Assembly: GCA_028714495.1 (NCBI GenBank) | Contig: JAQTMH010000003.1 | Coordinates: forward strand, 136,496 to 200,495 | DNA from: Patescibacteria group bacterium | GTDB taxonomy: Bacteria; Patescibacteriota; Patescibacteriia; JAHIZJ01 | DNA length: 64,000 bases | Direction: 5' to 3' | Shown: positions 37,821-48,010 of the stretch, piece after piece | How the letters are laid out: every line of letters starts with the position of its first letter | How positions within the stretch are numbered: the first letter of the stretch is position 1 | Notes under the pieces: generated by a model | Databases searched by the model: none | Seen by the model: the letters and a program-made list of their open reading frames with translations, nothing else | Told to the model about the DNA's origin: nothing | Translations under genes and position numbers: made by a program

Positions 37821-38186
37821 TCAGGGAAAGACGTGCGGCCAAAAGATGATCAGGCCAATCACCAGGGCGGCGAATGAAACTACCAGGACCGCGGCAGCCA
37901 TTAAATCCTTAACAATTTGGACGTAAAAATGAATTCGCGGCTTCAAAACATCAATGATTTTTTCCACGGCTGTATTTATTATTTCCAGAACCAGCACCAA
38001 GGCAACTACTAAAATTACTATCACTGTTTCCCAGGTCTCTAAGGGGAAGATCAGCAATAAGGCGACTACGGCGGCCGCGGCTAGAATATGAATCTGGAAC
38101 GTGCGTTCCCGCCTCACCACGTACCACACTCCCCTGCCGGCATATCCGAAACTTCGAAATATATTGTACAACTTATTTAACGGCAT
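37821..38186 (-). CDS. dgkA: diacylglycerol/undecaprenol kinase family protein
   Basis: Three TM helices. EIINTAVEKIID motif. Confidence 0.65.
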   Translation of the reverse strand: MPLNKLYNIFRSFGYAGRGVWYVVRRERTFQIHILAAAAVVALLLIFPLETWETVIVILVVALVLVLEIINTAVEKIIDVLKPRIHFYVQIVKDLMAAAVLVVSFAALVIGLIIFWPHVFP

Positions 38187-38634
38187 TTTCTTTTTTTAAA
38201 ATTTTTTGGCTGACTGTTTCCATTTTTTCCCTCTCGCTCTTCCGGGAGTGACTGTAATCCAGGAGATGAAGCAAGCTGTGCAAGGCGTGGTATTTCACAG
38301 ACCAGGAGTAAGCCAGGTTGTTTTTATGAGCGAACTTTCTTATTTCCGGCAAACAGAGAAATATCTCGCCCAAAAAATCCTTTTTCTGGGCCCCGAAAGC
38401 TTTTTTTATTGAAAACGGCGATCTGAAACAAAAAGACAAGGTAGTGGTGGGATGATTTTTTTGCCGGTAAGCGCGATTTAGCTTCTGCATTCTGCTGGCC
38501 GAGAGCAGAACCACTGAGATTTCGGTCCGGGGTGGAATTTTTAAATAGCGACTGGCTGGCTTCAGCACGGCTTTGATCAAATGCTTTTCTTTGTCTGGCT
38601 GGCCGGCGGCTAAGGTGCTAATTTCAACTTTCAT
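38173..38634 (-). CDS. ybeY: rRNA maturation endoribonuclease YbeY
   Basis: HALHSLLHLLDYSH zinc-binding motif. Confidence 0.7.
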   Translation of the reverse strand: MKVEISTLAAGQPDKEKHLIKAVLKPASRYLKIPPRTEISVVLLSASRMQKLNRAYRQKNHPTTTLSFCFRSPFSIKKAFGAQKKDFLGEIFLCLPEIRKFAHKNNLAYSWSVKYHALHSLLHLLDYSHSRKSEREKMETVSQKILKKENAVK

Positions 38635-38648
38635 GGGACAATTATAGG

Positions 38649-40331
38649 CTACCTTAGGTTGGGGTCGACGGATTCATTATTCAGTAAAGCTGGCCCGGCT
38701 ATCGGACTTGAATCACTATTCGCTTCCGAGTTTGTTTGGGTGTTAGTATTGGCATTTAAATTACTATTGGTGTTGCTGTTCGCGTTGGTATTGGAATTTA
38801 CATTGCTGTCAGTCCCCGGGCCTTTGGGCACATCAGTTAGCGTGAAGTTCTTGACCATCATTTGGAAGGTCGAGAGAAAACTGGCTTCGGTTCGATTACC
38901 AATATTGTAGGTGATAATATAGATCACATTTTCCTTGCCGAGATAGTAAGTCATCTGATCAAGGCTGCGGACTCCCACCAAACTGCCAATTACGATCTCA
39001 TCAATGGCCGTCGGATCAATACTTGGCGAATAGGTTAGATACCACTGCTTCGGCGAGAGCCGCTCGGGGTTATCTTCAACAATAATCTCTATGAATTCAC
39101 TCGTATCAGCTGAAAAAGTCACGTTCGAACCATCAGCCATGGCGTTGCGTACCAGCCAAGTCGTGGGATAAAGGACTCGATAATTATAAAGTTGACTGTC
39201 AAAAATCTTCACCAGACCCGACGCCTCCAGCCGAGCGCCTCCTGCCGCCAAAGGGTTATAGCCGCCAATCAGTTCGGCTCCGTCTAGATAGCTGTCTCCG
39301 TCCGTGTCAGGCTTGGCTGGATCAGTTCCGTACATCACTTCTTCGGTATTGGTCAAATCATCACCATCATCGTCGTCGCTGCCGACCGGAGGATTGATAT
39401 TTATATTGGCATTGGTATTTACATTGACATTCTGGTTGAGATTGGTATTCGAATTAGCGTTCGTATTAATATTTACGTTTTGGTTTTTGTTGGTCGGGGT
39501 TGGGCGATCAGTGTTATATTTCTTTATTCTCACCAGGAACTTATCGGCCCAATCTTCAATCTCATTCCACTTTGTCAATACACCCTGTCGAATTTCAATC
39601 TTGATTGATCCGTAAACATATTCCCAGTAAAAACCCAATTCGATCAGGGAGACTTCTTTGTTTACGTAAAGATACGAATCATCACCGACCGCGTCGTGGT
39701 TATTGAAGTCACCCTCATCTTGCTTAACCAACTGGTTTTTTTCTTCTTTTTTTGCTTCAAAAACCGCTAGGGCGTCACTGGCTGAATTGGTTTCATAGGC
39801 TGACACAGTGATAATAATATTATTTTTGTCTGTTTCTTCATAAGTAATGTATTTCCTGGCTAAATCCACGGCCACTTCTGACTCCGTCGTTGAATCTAGG
39901 CTGGCGTCTGACTCCTGATATTTTTCATAAGCCTGCCCCAGATCAGCTTTATTCAGAAGAACGTCAGTTAATTCTTCATACTTTTCGACATTGGTATTAG
40001 CGTTGGTGTTGGCGTTTTGGTTGACGGTGTTGGTATTCTGGTTCGCGGTATTGGTGTTTTGATTGGCGGTATTGGTATTATCGTTCGTCTTGATAATCCG
40101 ATTGAATAAGAATATGGCGGCCAATATTAAAAGCGCTACCACCACCAGTATAATAATATATATCAGCCAGTGGTCTTTTTTACCGTCCCGGCCGTGGCGC
40201 GTTAAAAATTTATCCGGCATGGTTCGGATTTCTTCGGTTTTTACTTCAGCTTCAATCAGAGGATTTGCCAGAGGTGACTTTTCCGTCGCCTCATCTTTCG
40301 TCTTGGTCTTTTTTTTGCCTAGTCCAAACAT
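38649..40331 (-). CDS. membrane-anchored surface protein with Asn/Thr-rich low-complexity tracts and TSP3-like Ca-binding repeats
   Basis: N-terminal TM. NTNTANQNTNTANQN repeats. DTDGDSYLDGAELIGGYNP. Confidence 0.5.
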   Translation of the reverse strand: MFGLGKKKTKTKDEATEKSPLANPLIEAEVKTEEIRTMPDKFLTRHGRDGKKDHWLIYIIILVVVALLILAAIFLFNRIIKTNDNTNTANQNTNTANQNTNTVNQNANTNANTNVEKYEELTDVLLNKADLGQAYEKYQESDASLDSTTESEVAVDLARKYITYEETDKNNIIITVSAYETNSASDALAVFEAKKEEKNQLVKQDEGDFNNHDAVGDDSYLYVNKEVSLIELGFYWEYVYGSIKIEIRQGVLTKWNEIEDWADKFLVRIKKYNTDRPTPTNKNQNVNINTNANSNTNLNQNVNVNTNANININPPVGSDDDDGDDLTNTEEVMYGTDPAKPDTDGDSYLDGAELIGGYNPLAAGGARLEASGLVKIFDSQLYNYRVLYPTTWLVRNAMADGSNVTFSADTSEFIEIIVEDNPERLSPKQWYLTYSPSIDPTAIDEIVIGSLVGVRSLDQMTYYLGKENVIYIITYNIGNRTEASFLSTFQMMVKNFTLTDVPKGPGTDSNVNSNTNANSNTNSNLNANTNTQTNSEANSDSSPIAGPALLNNESVDPNLR

Positions 40332-40333
40332 TC

Positions 40334-40981
40334 TTAGGAAGTTGTATTAATTGCTTTATTAATATCAAAATCAAATAATTTTCCCTCACCGGCTGGATTA
40401 TATCCGTTGGTTACTTCATCACCATCACTCCGGCCATCTTTGTCAGTATCGGAATCGAGAGGATTGCTTTTATAGATATTAACCTCTTGATAATCGGAAA
40501 GTCCGTCGCCGTCCGTATCGCTTGACTCTTCATCGGTGCCTAACTTTTTTTCCTCATCATTGGTCAGGCCGTCACGATCTAAGTCATTGCTCGGCGGATT
40601 AGCCGTGTTAGTATTGGTGGCCGTGGCGTTTCGGTTTGAGTTGGCGTTGCTTGAGGTATTTGTGTTTTGGTTTGTATTCACAGACTGGTTTGAGTTGGCG
40701 TTTGTCTGGTTTGTATTTACCGGCGTGGAATTGTTCTGATTATCATTTTTCTGGTTCTGCCACCAGAAATATCCGACGGCCAATAAACCTATTATGACCG
40801 CGACTCCAACGATAATTATAAGGTATTTCGGACCGCTTGACAAAGACGATTTCGGCGGCCGAGAGACCGGTGCTTGGTAAGGTGCCCGTTTCGAAACTGA
40901 CTGGCTGGCCTTGCTTCCCTTAGGAGTCGGCTCAACCTCGGCAAAGATATCTTCAGCTGATTTTTTATCTGAGTTTGCCAT
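40334..40981 (-). CDS. membrane-anchored surface protein with N-rich tract and TSP3-like repeats
   Basis: DLDRDGLTNDEE, DTDGDGLSDYQE, DSDTDKDGRSDGDE. Confidence 0.5.
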   Translation of the reverse strand: MANSDKKSAEDIFAEVEPTPKGSKASQSVSKRAPYQAPVSRPPKSSLSSGPKYLIIIVGVAVIIGLLAVGYFWWQNQKNDNQNNSTPVNTNQTNANSNQSVNTNQNTNTSSNANSNRNATATNTNTANPPSNDLDRDGLTNDEEKKLGTDEESSDTDGDGLSDYQEVNIYKSNPLDSDTDKDGRSDGDEVTNGYNPAGEGKLFDFDINKAINTTS

Positions 40982-40991
40982 ATTTTCGACT

Positions 40992-43900
40992 TTAAGGAGT
41001 TATTGTTTCAAGATAATTGAAGCAGTCGCATTGGGAAAATTCCGTATCCGAACAGGGATTGGCGCTGGCGTTAGCCCAATTACCCTGGCCGGTATATTCA
41101 AAATTACAATACAGCTCGACTGAACCGGGATCGTTTGGATTCGCGCCTGGAATGAATTTATACATTAAAATATTTGAAGTCGGCCGACACATGAATTTTC
41201 CTCCCTCATCGCCGTATTCACCAACCGCTTCCTCCTCATCCCAACAAGTCGATTGATCAAAGCCTGCGGCCGTCGGGCAAAAATCGACATTAAAGGCATT
41301 CAGGGGGTCAACCGGCAGGCTCTTGCCCAGCTGATTGCCTAAAGTCGCTTGCCAGGACGGCCAAGCGCTGGTCGAGCGCTCAGGCAAGTAACTGCCGACT
41401 TCAAGTTTTGGATATTTTAAATTGGCTCCATAATATTTATTAATGATCTCCCTTAAATCGTGAAGTCTCCCAATCCGGCTCATGTCCTTGGCCAGCAGCT
41501 CTTTGTCAGCTAAATCCAGATTGATATTGAAACGCAGATTCTTGACCATTTCCCGATAAATATCCTTCGTTATATCGCCGGCTTTATCGTCATAAGAAAT
41601 AATGTACATATTCGCGTAGAGACTGCCTCCGGATAAATTGGTAGCGCCGACGTAGGTCGAACGGCCGATCCGGATTGACGGATAACTGTCGGTTTTTTCT
41701 TCATTGATATTGTCCGCAGTTTCATTAGGCAAGGTTTTTTTAAACCAAAGTTCGGGTGAATATTTGTCTACGTTGGGCATTATCCGCACACCGATAGCGT
41801 CCTCTAGCACGGTGCACGGTTTTTCAGCCGGGCAGATTTCCGGGTTCACGCTGCAATCAGTCGAAGTTCCAGCGCACACTTTAAGGCCGGTAAAGAATAC
41901 TTCGCCTAAAACACCTGGCACGTCAGCGGCCGGGACAACCGAGGTAAAAGCCGGCAAACCCCCATCCAGGCAATACCAGGTTGAATAATTCAATTCATTG
42001 TCCGCGTAAGGCCAATTTTCTATGGGCCAGGGGTTTTCGCAAAGCTTGACTTCAACAGTTGATTTGCCGATTACGGTTTTTTCTTTGCCGGGAGTGGTTA
42101 CCGTGGCCGTCGCGTCCACATATGTTTCGCCGTTTTTATTATCAACCGTGCCGGTTTCTTGGTTAGTGGTACTCCCTGGTATCCCGATAATCGAAGCGTC
42201 CTCTGACTGCCAGCCCCAGGTCCATTCATAAACTGACGGGATCGGATCGATCGGCTGAGTATGGTAATAAGCCTGGGCGAGGTATTCTTGGGCCGTATCT
42301 TTTTGAGTAAATAAATGATAATTCGGATCAATTAGCACTTTGGTGATCTCACAGACATTATCGCTATCCGCTGTCGTAAATTGCCACGCCTCATCACCCG
42401 CCATACTGATGCCGTCTTGATTGAGCACGCCGCTGGCGCCTCCAGTCACTTTGACGTGATAAGTCGCGTTCCTCAACAGCAGACCGGGGTGGTAGCGAAA
42501 TGATTTGTTTCCATTGTAATAAGTGAATGTCCCGTCAACGTAATTACCCTGGCACACGTTGTTTTCGCACACGCCGGATTTACAATCCGTATTGTCCGCG
42601 CATGCCTCGCCGTCAGCCGCTGCCCCAACAACTATTTCAAACGTGGTGTTGTTGATTGTGCTTTGCCTCATTGCCTGGCTGAAGGTTACATCGATAATCG
42701 AATTGCGGCAGATATCCGCACCCGTGGGAATCCGAGTAACAATCGTCGGCCGGTCCACGCATTGGCAAGAATTATCGCAGGCCTGGGCACCGCAAGCAGT
42801 CGCGTTTGGATCACAGGTCCATTCATCTAAACTGCAACCAAAGTTAGGCAGTGGTTTGCAATAGCAGTCCCCGGGATCACATTCTTGCGGCGCAGTACAG
42901 GCCGCATTGTCAGGCTCGCAGGTAGGAGTTTCCGGGGTACTGTCGCAAGGAGTGGCTTCGGCGCATAAACACGTGTCGTTGTCACAGTAATTGCCTTCGG
43001 CGCAAGCCGAGGGATTTGCTTGACATCCAAGAACACCAGGCTCGCCATCACAGGATTCGCCTGGACCGCCGCCTAAACAATCCTCCGGAGTAGAACACTG
43101 GTTGGCTCCCGCGCCGGCGACAATAATACAATCAACTCCGTTACATTCCGAATGAGTATTACTGCCTGTGCAATCTCCTGGCACAGAACATTCATCAGCT
43201 CCCGATCCTGAAACTGTTATACATTCATCACCCGCGCAAGCGGCGTGTTCGTCATCAGAGTCGCAATCACCCGGAGCAGTGCACTGATTTGAACCTGCAC
43301 CGGCGACTACAATACAATCACCACCCGAACATTCTGAATGAGTATCACCTGACCCCGTACAGTCGCCTGGACCGGAACATTCATCAGCTCCCGATCCTGA
43401 GGCTGTAATACAGTCTCCGCCAGCGCAAGCAGCGTGTTCGTCATCACCGCTGCCATTACAAGGCTTTTCGAACATTAAGCCATTGCTGTAACCATTGTTA
43501 TACACTTTTACGATAGGGCTTCCGTCACTGACTGCCGGCACCTGGCTGGTAATTGAAGTATCAGACCAAGCTGAAGTAGCGGCCACGGTTGTATCGAAAT
43601 AAACCCGGCCCGGAGCTGAACCAAAACCGCTACCGTCTAAATCCACCGAATCGCCTTCACTCCCGCAAGTAGGGTCCAAGCCGCACAGGGTCGGGCCAGT
43701 CACATTGGATATGGTGAAATATGAATAAATATTTGAGCGTTTAGCCCCGCTGGTTTCTACCTGGACCCAAACATCATCGCCGACATTAAAACCCTCTGGC
43801 ACGGAAATAATTATCTGATCATCCTTCCACCAATCAACGCAGTTTGTCGGCTGACCCTGGATGTTAGCTCCGCCAGGCTTTCTGAACCACACCGTGCCAT

Positions 43901-45434
43901 TCGTACCGCCGAAATTCTCGCCCGAAATGGTTATCGCCCTGCCTGGCGCGCCCTCAGACGGATCCAAAGAAATAATGCGTGGGGCCCTAACATCTAAATT
44001 CTTGGTATTGCTGCCCACACCGCCGACCATTACCTGAACTGGTCCGTCAGCCGCGCCATTAGTCAGACCGCTGGCAGCAGGAATTTGGACTTTTATCTCC
44101 GTATTGGTCCACGAACTGAAACATGGCGCGTCCGGTAAAAATTCAGCGCTGAGGCAGTGACTGTCAGCGTTCGTTCCATCAAAGAAATTTACATCTTGAA
44201 TATTATTGGTAAAGTTGATGCCAGTAATCGTCAGGGTAGTTTCATAATAACCCGAGGAATCCATCGAAGTTATTGTCGGCGGGCAATTGCTATCAGTGCC
44301 GGTAGTAAACGACCAAGTGTAGGAATCACCGCCGGTTCCGTCCCGGTTGCCATCCAGCGGATTGCCGCAGGTATCGGCAATCGGATCGGCTGATTGGTCG
44401 GAGCTCTTGAGAGTGACGGTATAAGTAGTATTCGGATTAAGCGGCTGATTGGCATAAAACGTTATAGTTCGGTCATTGACTACGTCAAAATTGGTTAACT
44501 GTAAATCAGTTGGCTCTAGCGGCGCAATCGCCACATTATCAAGTTTAAGAGTCGAGACGTCCATTGGTTCGCTGAAAATAGCTGAAAGCGGGGTGGTTAA
44601 ACAAACACCAGTCGCTCCCGGCTCCGGCCAAACACTCCCATCGGGAACAAACGGCGGCACACTGTCTGATTGATCGCTGGTTGTAAATGACCAAAATTCC
44701 GGAGTTAATTCATCGCTGTCATAGCTGAGAATCGTACTCGGCATGTCTACCGAGTATGCTGTCAGGGGCTGTAATTCAGCGCTTGGTTTAAATTGGACTA
44801 CTCTATTACCATGGGCGTCTGGATCGGTAAATTCAAATTCTCCCGGGACCAATCCCCCATTTGTCAAGGTCATATTATTCCTGGCTGATTCTTCGTTGAC
44901 GGCTTTATTAAACTTAGCCTGGACCATGGCGCAAAGAGGAATGCCTTCGCCAGTTGGCGAGTGCCACTTAACATAAAACTCCGAGCCTCCGGGATCTGGA
45001 CCGGGTGGATCTTCGTTGGGACCGCCGCCGCCATTATTATTGTTGCCGTTCAGCACTCCCACGACGACAAACTGGACGATCGCCCAAGACAACATGATAA
45101 TCACTAATCCGATGACCGCGCCTAAAATAACCTTTTTGGCTTTTTTTATCCTCTCCTCGTTGCCCGCCGCTGTCATCCACAAAATACCGCCGTAGATAAT
45201 AATAATGACAGCCGCCAGGGCCAAAAATCCCAGCGCCCATTTGACAATGGTTACTATCTGCTGGTCCAATGGCTGATCAGAATAGCCTATTTGATTGCCA
45301 TAATTGGTCGCGATATCAACCGCCTGCGCGACTGGCTGTCCCAGCCCTCCGGTTAATAAACAAAATAAAAAAATCCCTCCGGCTGCAAAAGCCACCAGGC
45401 CACCTCGCCAAAAATATTTTCGCGTATTTTTCAT
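40992..45434 (-). CDS. giant (1480 aa) surface protein: VirB2/TrbC-like two-helix N-terminus, Ig-like domains, Cys-rich EGF-like repeats
   Basis: N-terminus has a signal peptide followed by two hydrophobic helices. Repeats C.GGDCI..SG.GA.EC..PGDC. Confidence 0.5.
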   Translation of the reverse strand: MKNTRKYFWRGGLVAFAAGGIFLFCLLTGGLGQPVAQAVDIATNYGNQIGYSDQPLDQQIVTIVKWALGFLALAAVIIIIYGGILWMTAAGNEERIKKAKKVILGAVIGLVIIMLSWAIVQFVVVGVLNGNNNNGGGGPNEDPPGPDPGGSEFYVKWHSPTGEGIPLCAMVQAKFNKAVNEESARNNMTLTNGGLVPGEFEFTDPDAHGNRVVQFKPSAELQPLTAYSVDMPSTILSYDSDELTPEFWSFTTSDQSDSVPPFVPDGSVWPEPGATGVCLTTPLSAIFSEPMDVSTLKLDNVAIAPLEPTDLQLTNFDVVNDRTITFYANQPLNPNTTYTVTLKSSDQSADPIADTCGNPLDGNRDGTGGDSYTWSFTTGTDSNCPPTITSMDSSGYYETTLTITGINFTNNIQDVNFFDGTNADSHCLSAEFLPDAPCFSSWTNTEIKVQIPAASGLTNGAADGPVQVMVGGVGSNTKNLDVRAPRIISLDPSEGAPGRAITISGENFGGTNGTVWFRKPGGANIQGQPTNCVDWWKDDQIIISVPEGFNVGDDVWVQVETSGAKRSNIYSYFTISNVTGPTLCGLDPTCGSEGDSVDLDGSGFGSAPGRVYFDTTVAATSAWSDTSITSQVPAVSDGSPIVKVYNNGYSNGLMFEKPCNGSGDDEHAACAGGDCITASGSGADECSGPGDCTGSGDTHSECSGGDCIVVAGAGSNQCTAPGDCDSDDEHAACAGDECITVSGSGADECSVPGDCTGSNTHSECNGVDCIIVAGAGANQCSTPEDCLGGGPGESCDGEPGVLGCQANPSACAEGNYCDNDTCLCAEATPCDSTPETPTCEPDNAACTAPQECDPGDCYCKPLPNFGCSLDEWTCDPNATACGAQACDNSCQCVDRPTIVTRIPTGADICRNSIIDVTFSQAMRQSTINNTTFEIVVGAAADGEACADNTDCKSGVCENNVCQGNYVDGTFTYYNGNKSFRYHPGLLLRNATYHVKVTGGASGVLNQDGISMAGDEAWQFTTADSDNVCEITKVLIDPNYHLFTQKDTAQEYLAQAYYHTQPIDPIPSVYEWTWGWQSEDASIIGIPGSTTNQETGTVDNKNGETYVDATATVTTPGKEKTVIGKSTVEVKLCENPWPIENWPYADNELNYSTWYCLDGGLPAFTSVVPAADVPGVLGEVFFTGLKVCAGTSTDCSVNPEICPAEKPCTVLEDAIGVRIMPNVDKYSPELWFKKTLPNETADNINEEKTDSYPSIRIGRSTYVGATNLSGGSLYANMYIISYDDKAGDITKDIYREMVKNLRFNINLDLADKELLAKDMSRIGRLHDLREIINKYYGANLKYPKLEVGSYLPERSTSAWPSWQATLGNQLGKSLPVDPLNAFNVDFCPTAAGFDQSTCWDEEEAVGEYGDEGGKFMCRPTSNILMYKFIPGANPNDPGSVELYCNFEYTGQGNWANASANPCSDTEFSQCDCFNYLETITP

Positions 45435-45964
45435 AAGCTTTTTGGCTTGCTTGAATCGCCCATGATATCTTTTACCACCTGGCTGACTACTTTGCCCGGA
45501 GCGGCCGACCCGATTTTTTTCATGGTTTCGCCCATCACCTGGCCGTAATTTACTCCGGCTGAACCGCCCTTGTCATCAATGACTTTCTGGACTACCGCTC
45601 TGATCTCGTCGGCGGTCATTTCCGGCGGCAGAAAACTTTTGATGATCTCTACTTCTTGCTGCTCTTTATCGGCCAATTCATTCCGGCCGCCCCGGCGAAA
45701 CGCTTCAATCGATTCCTGCCGTTTATTCAGTTCGCGCCTTAATATTTTAACCATCGTGTCATCATCAATGGTTTCACTCCGATGATCAATTTCGTAGTTT
45801 TTCAGCGCGGCCAAAACCAACCGCAGCGTGGAAATAACTATCTCCTGCTTCTGCTTTTGCGCTGTTTTTAACTTTTTTTCGATTTCGCTTCGAATTGGCA
45901 CGATGCTGGCCTTTCTCAAATCATTTTTTTGAGCCGCGATATGTCCGATAACCCTGACGCTCAA
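45431..45964 (-). CDS. GatB/YqeY-domain protein
   Basis: ISTLRLVLAALKNYEID and a C-terminal region typical of YqeY. Start uncertain; overlaps rpsU. Confidence 0.6.
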   Translation of the reverse strand: MSVRVIGHIAAQKNDLRKASIVPIRSEIEKKLKTAQKQKQEIVISTLRLVLAALKNYEIDHRSETIDDDTMVKILRRELNKRQESIEAFRRGGRNELADKEQQEVEIIKSFLPPEMTADEIRAVVQKVIDDKGGSAGVNYGQVMGETMKKIGSAAPGKVVSQVVKDIMGDSSKPKSL

Positions 45965-46220
45965 GCCATTCGTCGAGCTTGCCGATTTTCTTCAGATATT
46001 CTCTTTGCTCTCTGATGCCCTTCCGTCTGATGGCGTCTTCCTTAGCCTGACGCTTGGTTTTCGGCGGCTCATAAAACCGTCGCTTTTTTGCACGTATTAA
46101 TAGACCGCTTTGTTGTACTTTGCGCGTAAAACGCCGGATTAAACTCTCGCCCGATTCACCATCTTTCCGACGCACTTCAACCACATAATTCACCTCCCCC
46201 TTGAGAAACCCTCCTGTCAT
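45921..46220 (-). CDS. rpsU: 30S ribosomal protein S21 (with C-terminal extension)
   Basis: VEVRRKDGESGESLIRRFTRKVQQSGLLIRAKKRRFYEPPKTKRQAK matches the S21 consensus. Confidence 0.6.
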   Translation of the reverse strand: MTGGFLKGEVNYVVEVRRKDGESGESLIRRFTRKVQQSGLLIRAKKRRFYEPPKTKRQAKEDAIRRKGIREQREYLKKIGKLDEWLERQGYRTYRGSKK

Positions 46221-46281
46221 TATTTGACGAGGGGTTGTTAATAATTGTTGTATTTTAATATACCACGGAATTTGCTTCCGG

Positions 46282-46644
46282 TCAAATTTTCGAAATGTCG
46301 GTATAATTCGACCCAGCCAATATATGAAAGTGCAGGTGTGGGACGAGTTGACCGGCCTTGAGACCGTTGTTGAGAACCAGTTTAAAGCCCTCAGTAATAC
46401 CCAAATCCTTGGCCAACAGCCTCACCCGGTAAAGCAGCTTGCCCATTAACCCGGCATCGCTTGATTCAAGACTGGCTAGGGTGGCTATGTGCTTTTTCGG
46501 TATTATTAAAACGTGAATATCGGCTTTTGGCTTGATGTCGTAAAAGGCGAATAAATCTTCATCTTCAAAGACAATCTTGGCCGGCAGCTGCTTAGCCGCG
46601 ATCTGGCAAAAGACGCAGTTGTTATTATAGCTTGATTTCTTCAT
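46282..46644 (-). CDS. HIT-family nucleotide hydrolase
   Basis: HVLIIPKKH ... PHLHFHILAG histidine triad. Confidence 0.75.
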   Translation of the reverse strand: MKKSSYNNNCVFCQIAAKQLPAKIVFEDEDLFAFYDIKPKADIHVLIIPKKHIATLASLESSDAGLMGKLLYRVRLLAKDLGITEGFKLVLNNGLKAGQLVPHLHFHILAGSNYTDISKI

Positions 46645-47989
46645 TGCTAATGTCGGTTCGGATTATTTTCACGCCGTTGTTTTGATTGACTTTGGAAAGG
46701 CGCTTGCGCAATTCCGGAATGATTTTTTCGTAATTTATCACCTCCTGGGTGCCGCTTTCCATGTCGCGCATGAGGATCGTGCCGTCGATATTTTCCTTTT
46801 GTCCCAGGATTAAGGCAATCTTGATATTCAGGCGATTGGCAATTTCGAGCTGCGGTTTGATGCCATCCTTGGCAAAGCTCTCGGCCACGGTAAAACCTTC
46901 GCGCCGCAAATTCTCATAGAGTTTCAACGCTTTTTTTCGCGACACGTCTCCCAGCTGGGCCAAATATACCTGGGGCGTCTCCAGTCCCGGGACAAATATT
47001 TCTTTCTCCTTCAAAAGGGAGATCGTGCGTTCAATCCCGACCGCGAATCCGCAGGCTGGAGTCGGCCGTCCGCCTAAAAGTTCGCTTAAACCATCATAGC
47101 GGCCACCTCCGCCCAAGGCGTTCTGGCGGCCTTCTGATTTACCGCTTGGCCAGATTTCAAAAGTGGTCCGCGAATAATAATCCAGGCCGCGGATTATCCT
47201 CGGATTCAGATTGTAGGGTAATTCAAGCTCGTCCAAGTATTCCAGGACTTGGGTAAAATGTTTATTGTCCTCTTCGTCCAGATAATCGATAATTTGCGGG
47301 GCATCCAGCGACAGTTCGACGCAATTCGGGTTTTTGCAGTCGAGCACCCTTAAAGGATTTTTTAGCAGGCGCTTCTTGCAATCGTCGCAGAGCTGGTTGC
47401 GCTTAGGCTTGTAATATTCGGCTAACTCTTTCTTATACCGCTCACGGCTCTGGCTGTTGCCCAGGCTATTTATCTGAATGTCAATCGCCAGACCGAGCTC
47501 TTTAAAGAAATTGTAAGCGAGTAAAATCAACTGGGCGTCGGTAATCGCCTGACTATCGCCGAGGGTTTCGAAGCCAAATTGATGGAACTCGCGCTGGCGG
47601 CCGGCCTGGGGCCGTTCCCGCCGGAACATCGAGCCGTAATAAAAAAGTTTTACCGGCTGCGGCTGGTTGATCATCCCGTGCTCGTTGAAAGCCCGAACAA
47701 TCGAGGCCGTGGCTTCAGGCCGTAGCACCAGAGCCTCACCGCCCTGATCCGTGAAAGTAAACATTTCTTTTTCGACTATATCAGTACCTTCACCGATGGA
47801 CCGGACAAAAAGATTTTGCTGCTCAACAATCGGCGTTTCGATATATTGGAAGCTGTAATCGCGGGCTAATTCGAAAACTTTTCGGCGGATCAATTCCCAA
47901 TACCGGGTTTCTTGGGGCAAAATGTCTTTCATGCCCCGGACGATATGATGGAGATCAAATTTGGCTTTTATCTCAACCTTTTTTTGCAT
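46625..47989 (-). CDS. hisS: histidine--tRNA ligase (with Cys4 zinc-ribbon insertion)
   Basis: Class II motifs. Insertion LCDDCKKR...DCKNPNC. Confidence 0.85.
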   Translation of the reverse strand: MQKKVEIKAKFDLHHIVRGMKDILPQETRYWELIRRKVFELARDYSFQYIETPIVEQQNLFVRSIGEGTDIVEKEMFTFTDQGGEALVLRPEATASIVRAFNEHGMINQPQPVKLFYYGSMFRRERPQAGRQREFHQFGFETLGDSQAITDAQLILLAYNFFKELGLAIDIQINSLGNSQSRERYKKELAEYYKPKRNQLCDDCKKRLLKNPLRVLDCKNPNCVELSLDAPQIIDYLDEEDNKHFTQVLEYLDELELPYNLNPRIIRGLDYYSRTTFEIWPSGKSEGRQNALGGGGRYDGLSELLGGRPTPACGFAVGIERTISLLKEKEIFVPGLETPQVYLAQLGDVSRKKALKLYENLRREGFTVAESFAKDGIKPQLEIANRLNIKIALILGQKENIDGTILMRDMESGTQEVINYEKIIPELRKRLSKVNQNNGVKIIRTDISNEEIKL

Positions 47990-48010
47990 AGCAAAGTTTA
48001 TTATAGAAAA

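Noticed and set aside
39400-40100. Short tandem aat/aac/acc-type nucleotide repeats that resemble spacer-repeat periodicity
   Set aside because: They encode the Asn/Thr-rich low-complexity tracts (NTNTANQN...) of the surface protein. There are no CRISPR-like direct repeats or spacers, and no cas genes in the window.
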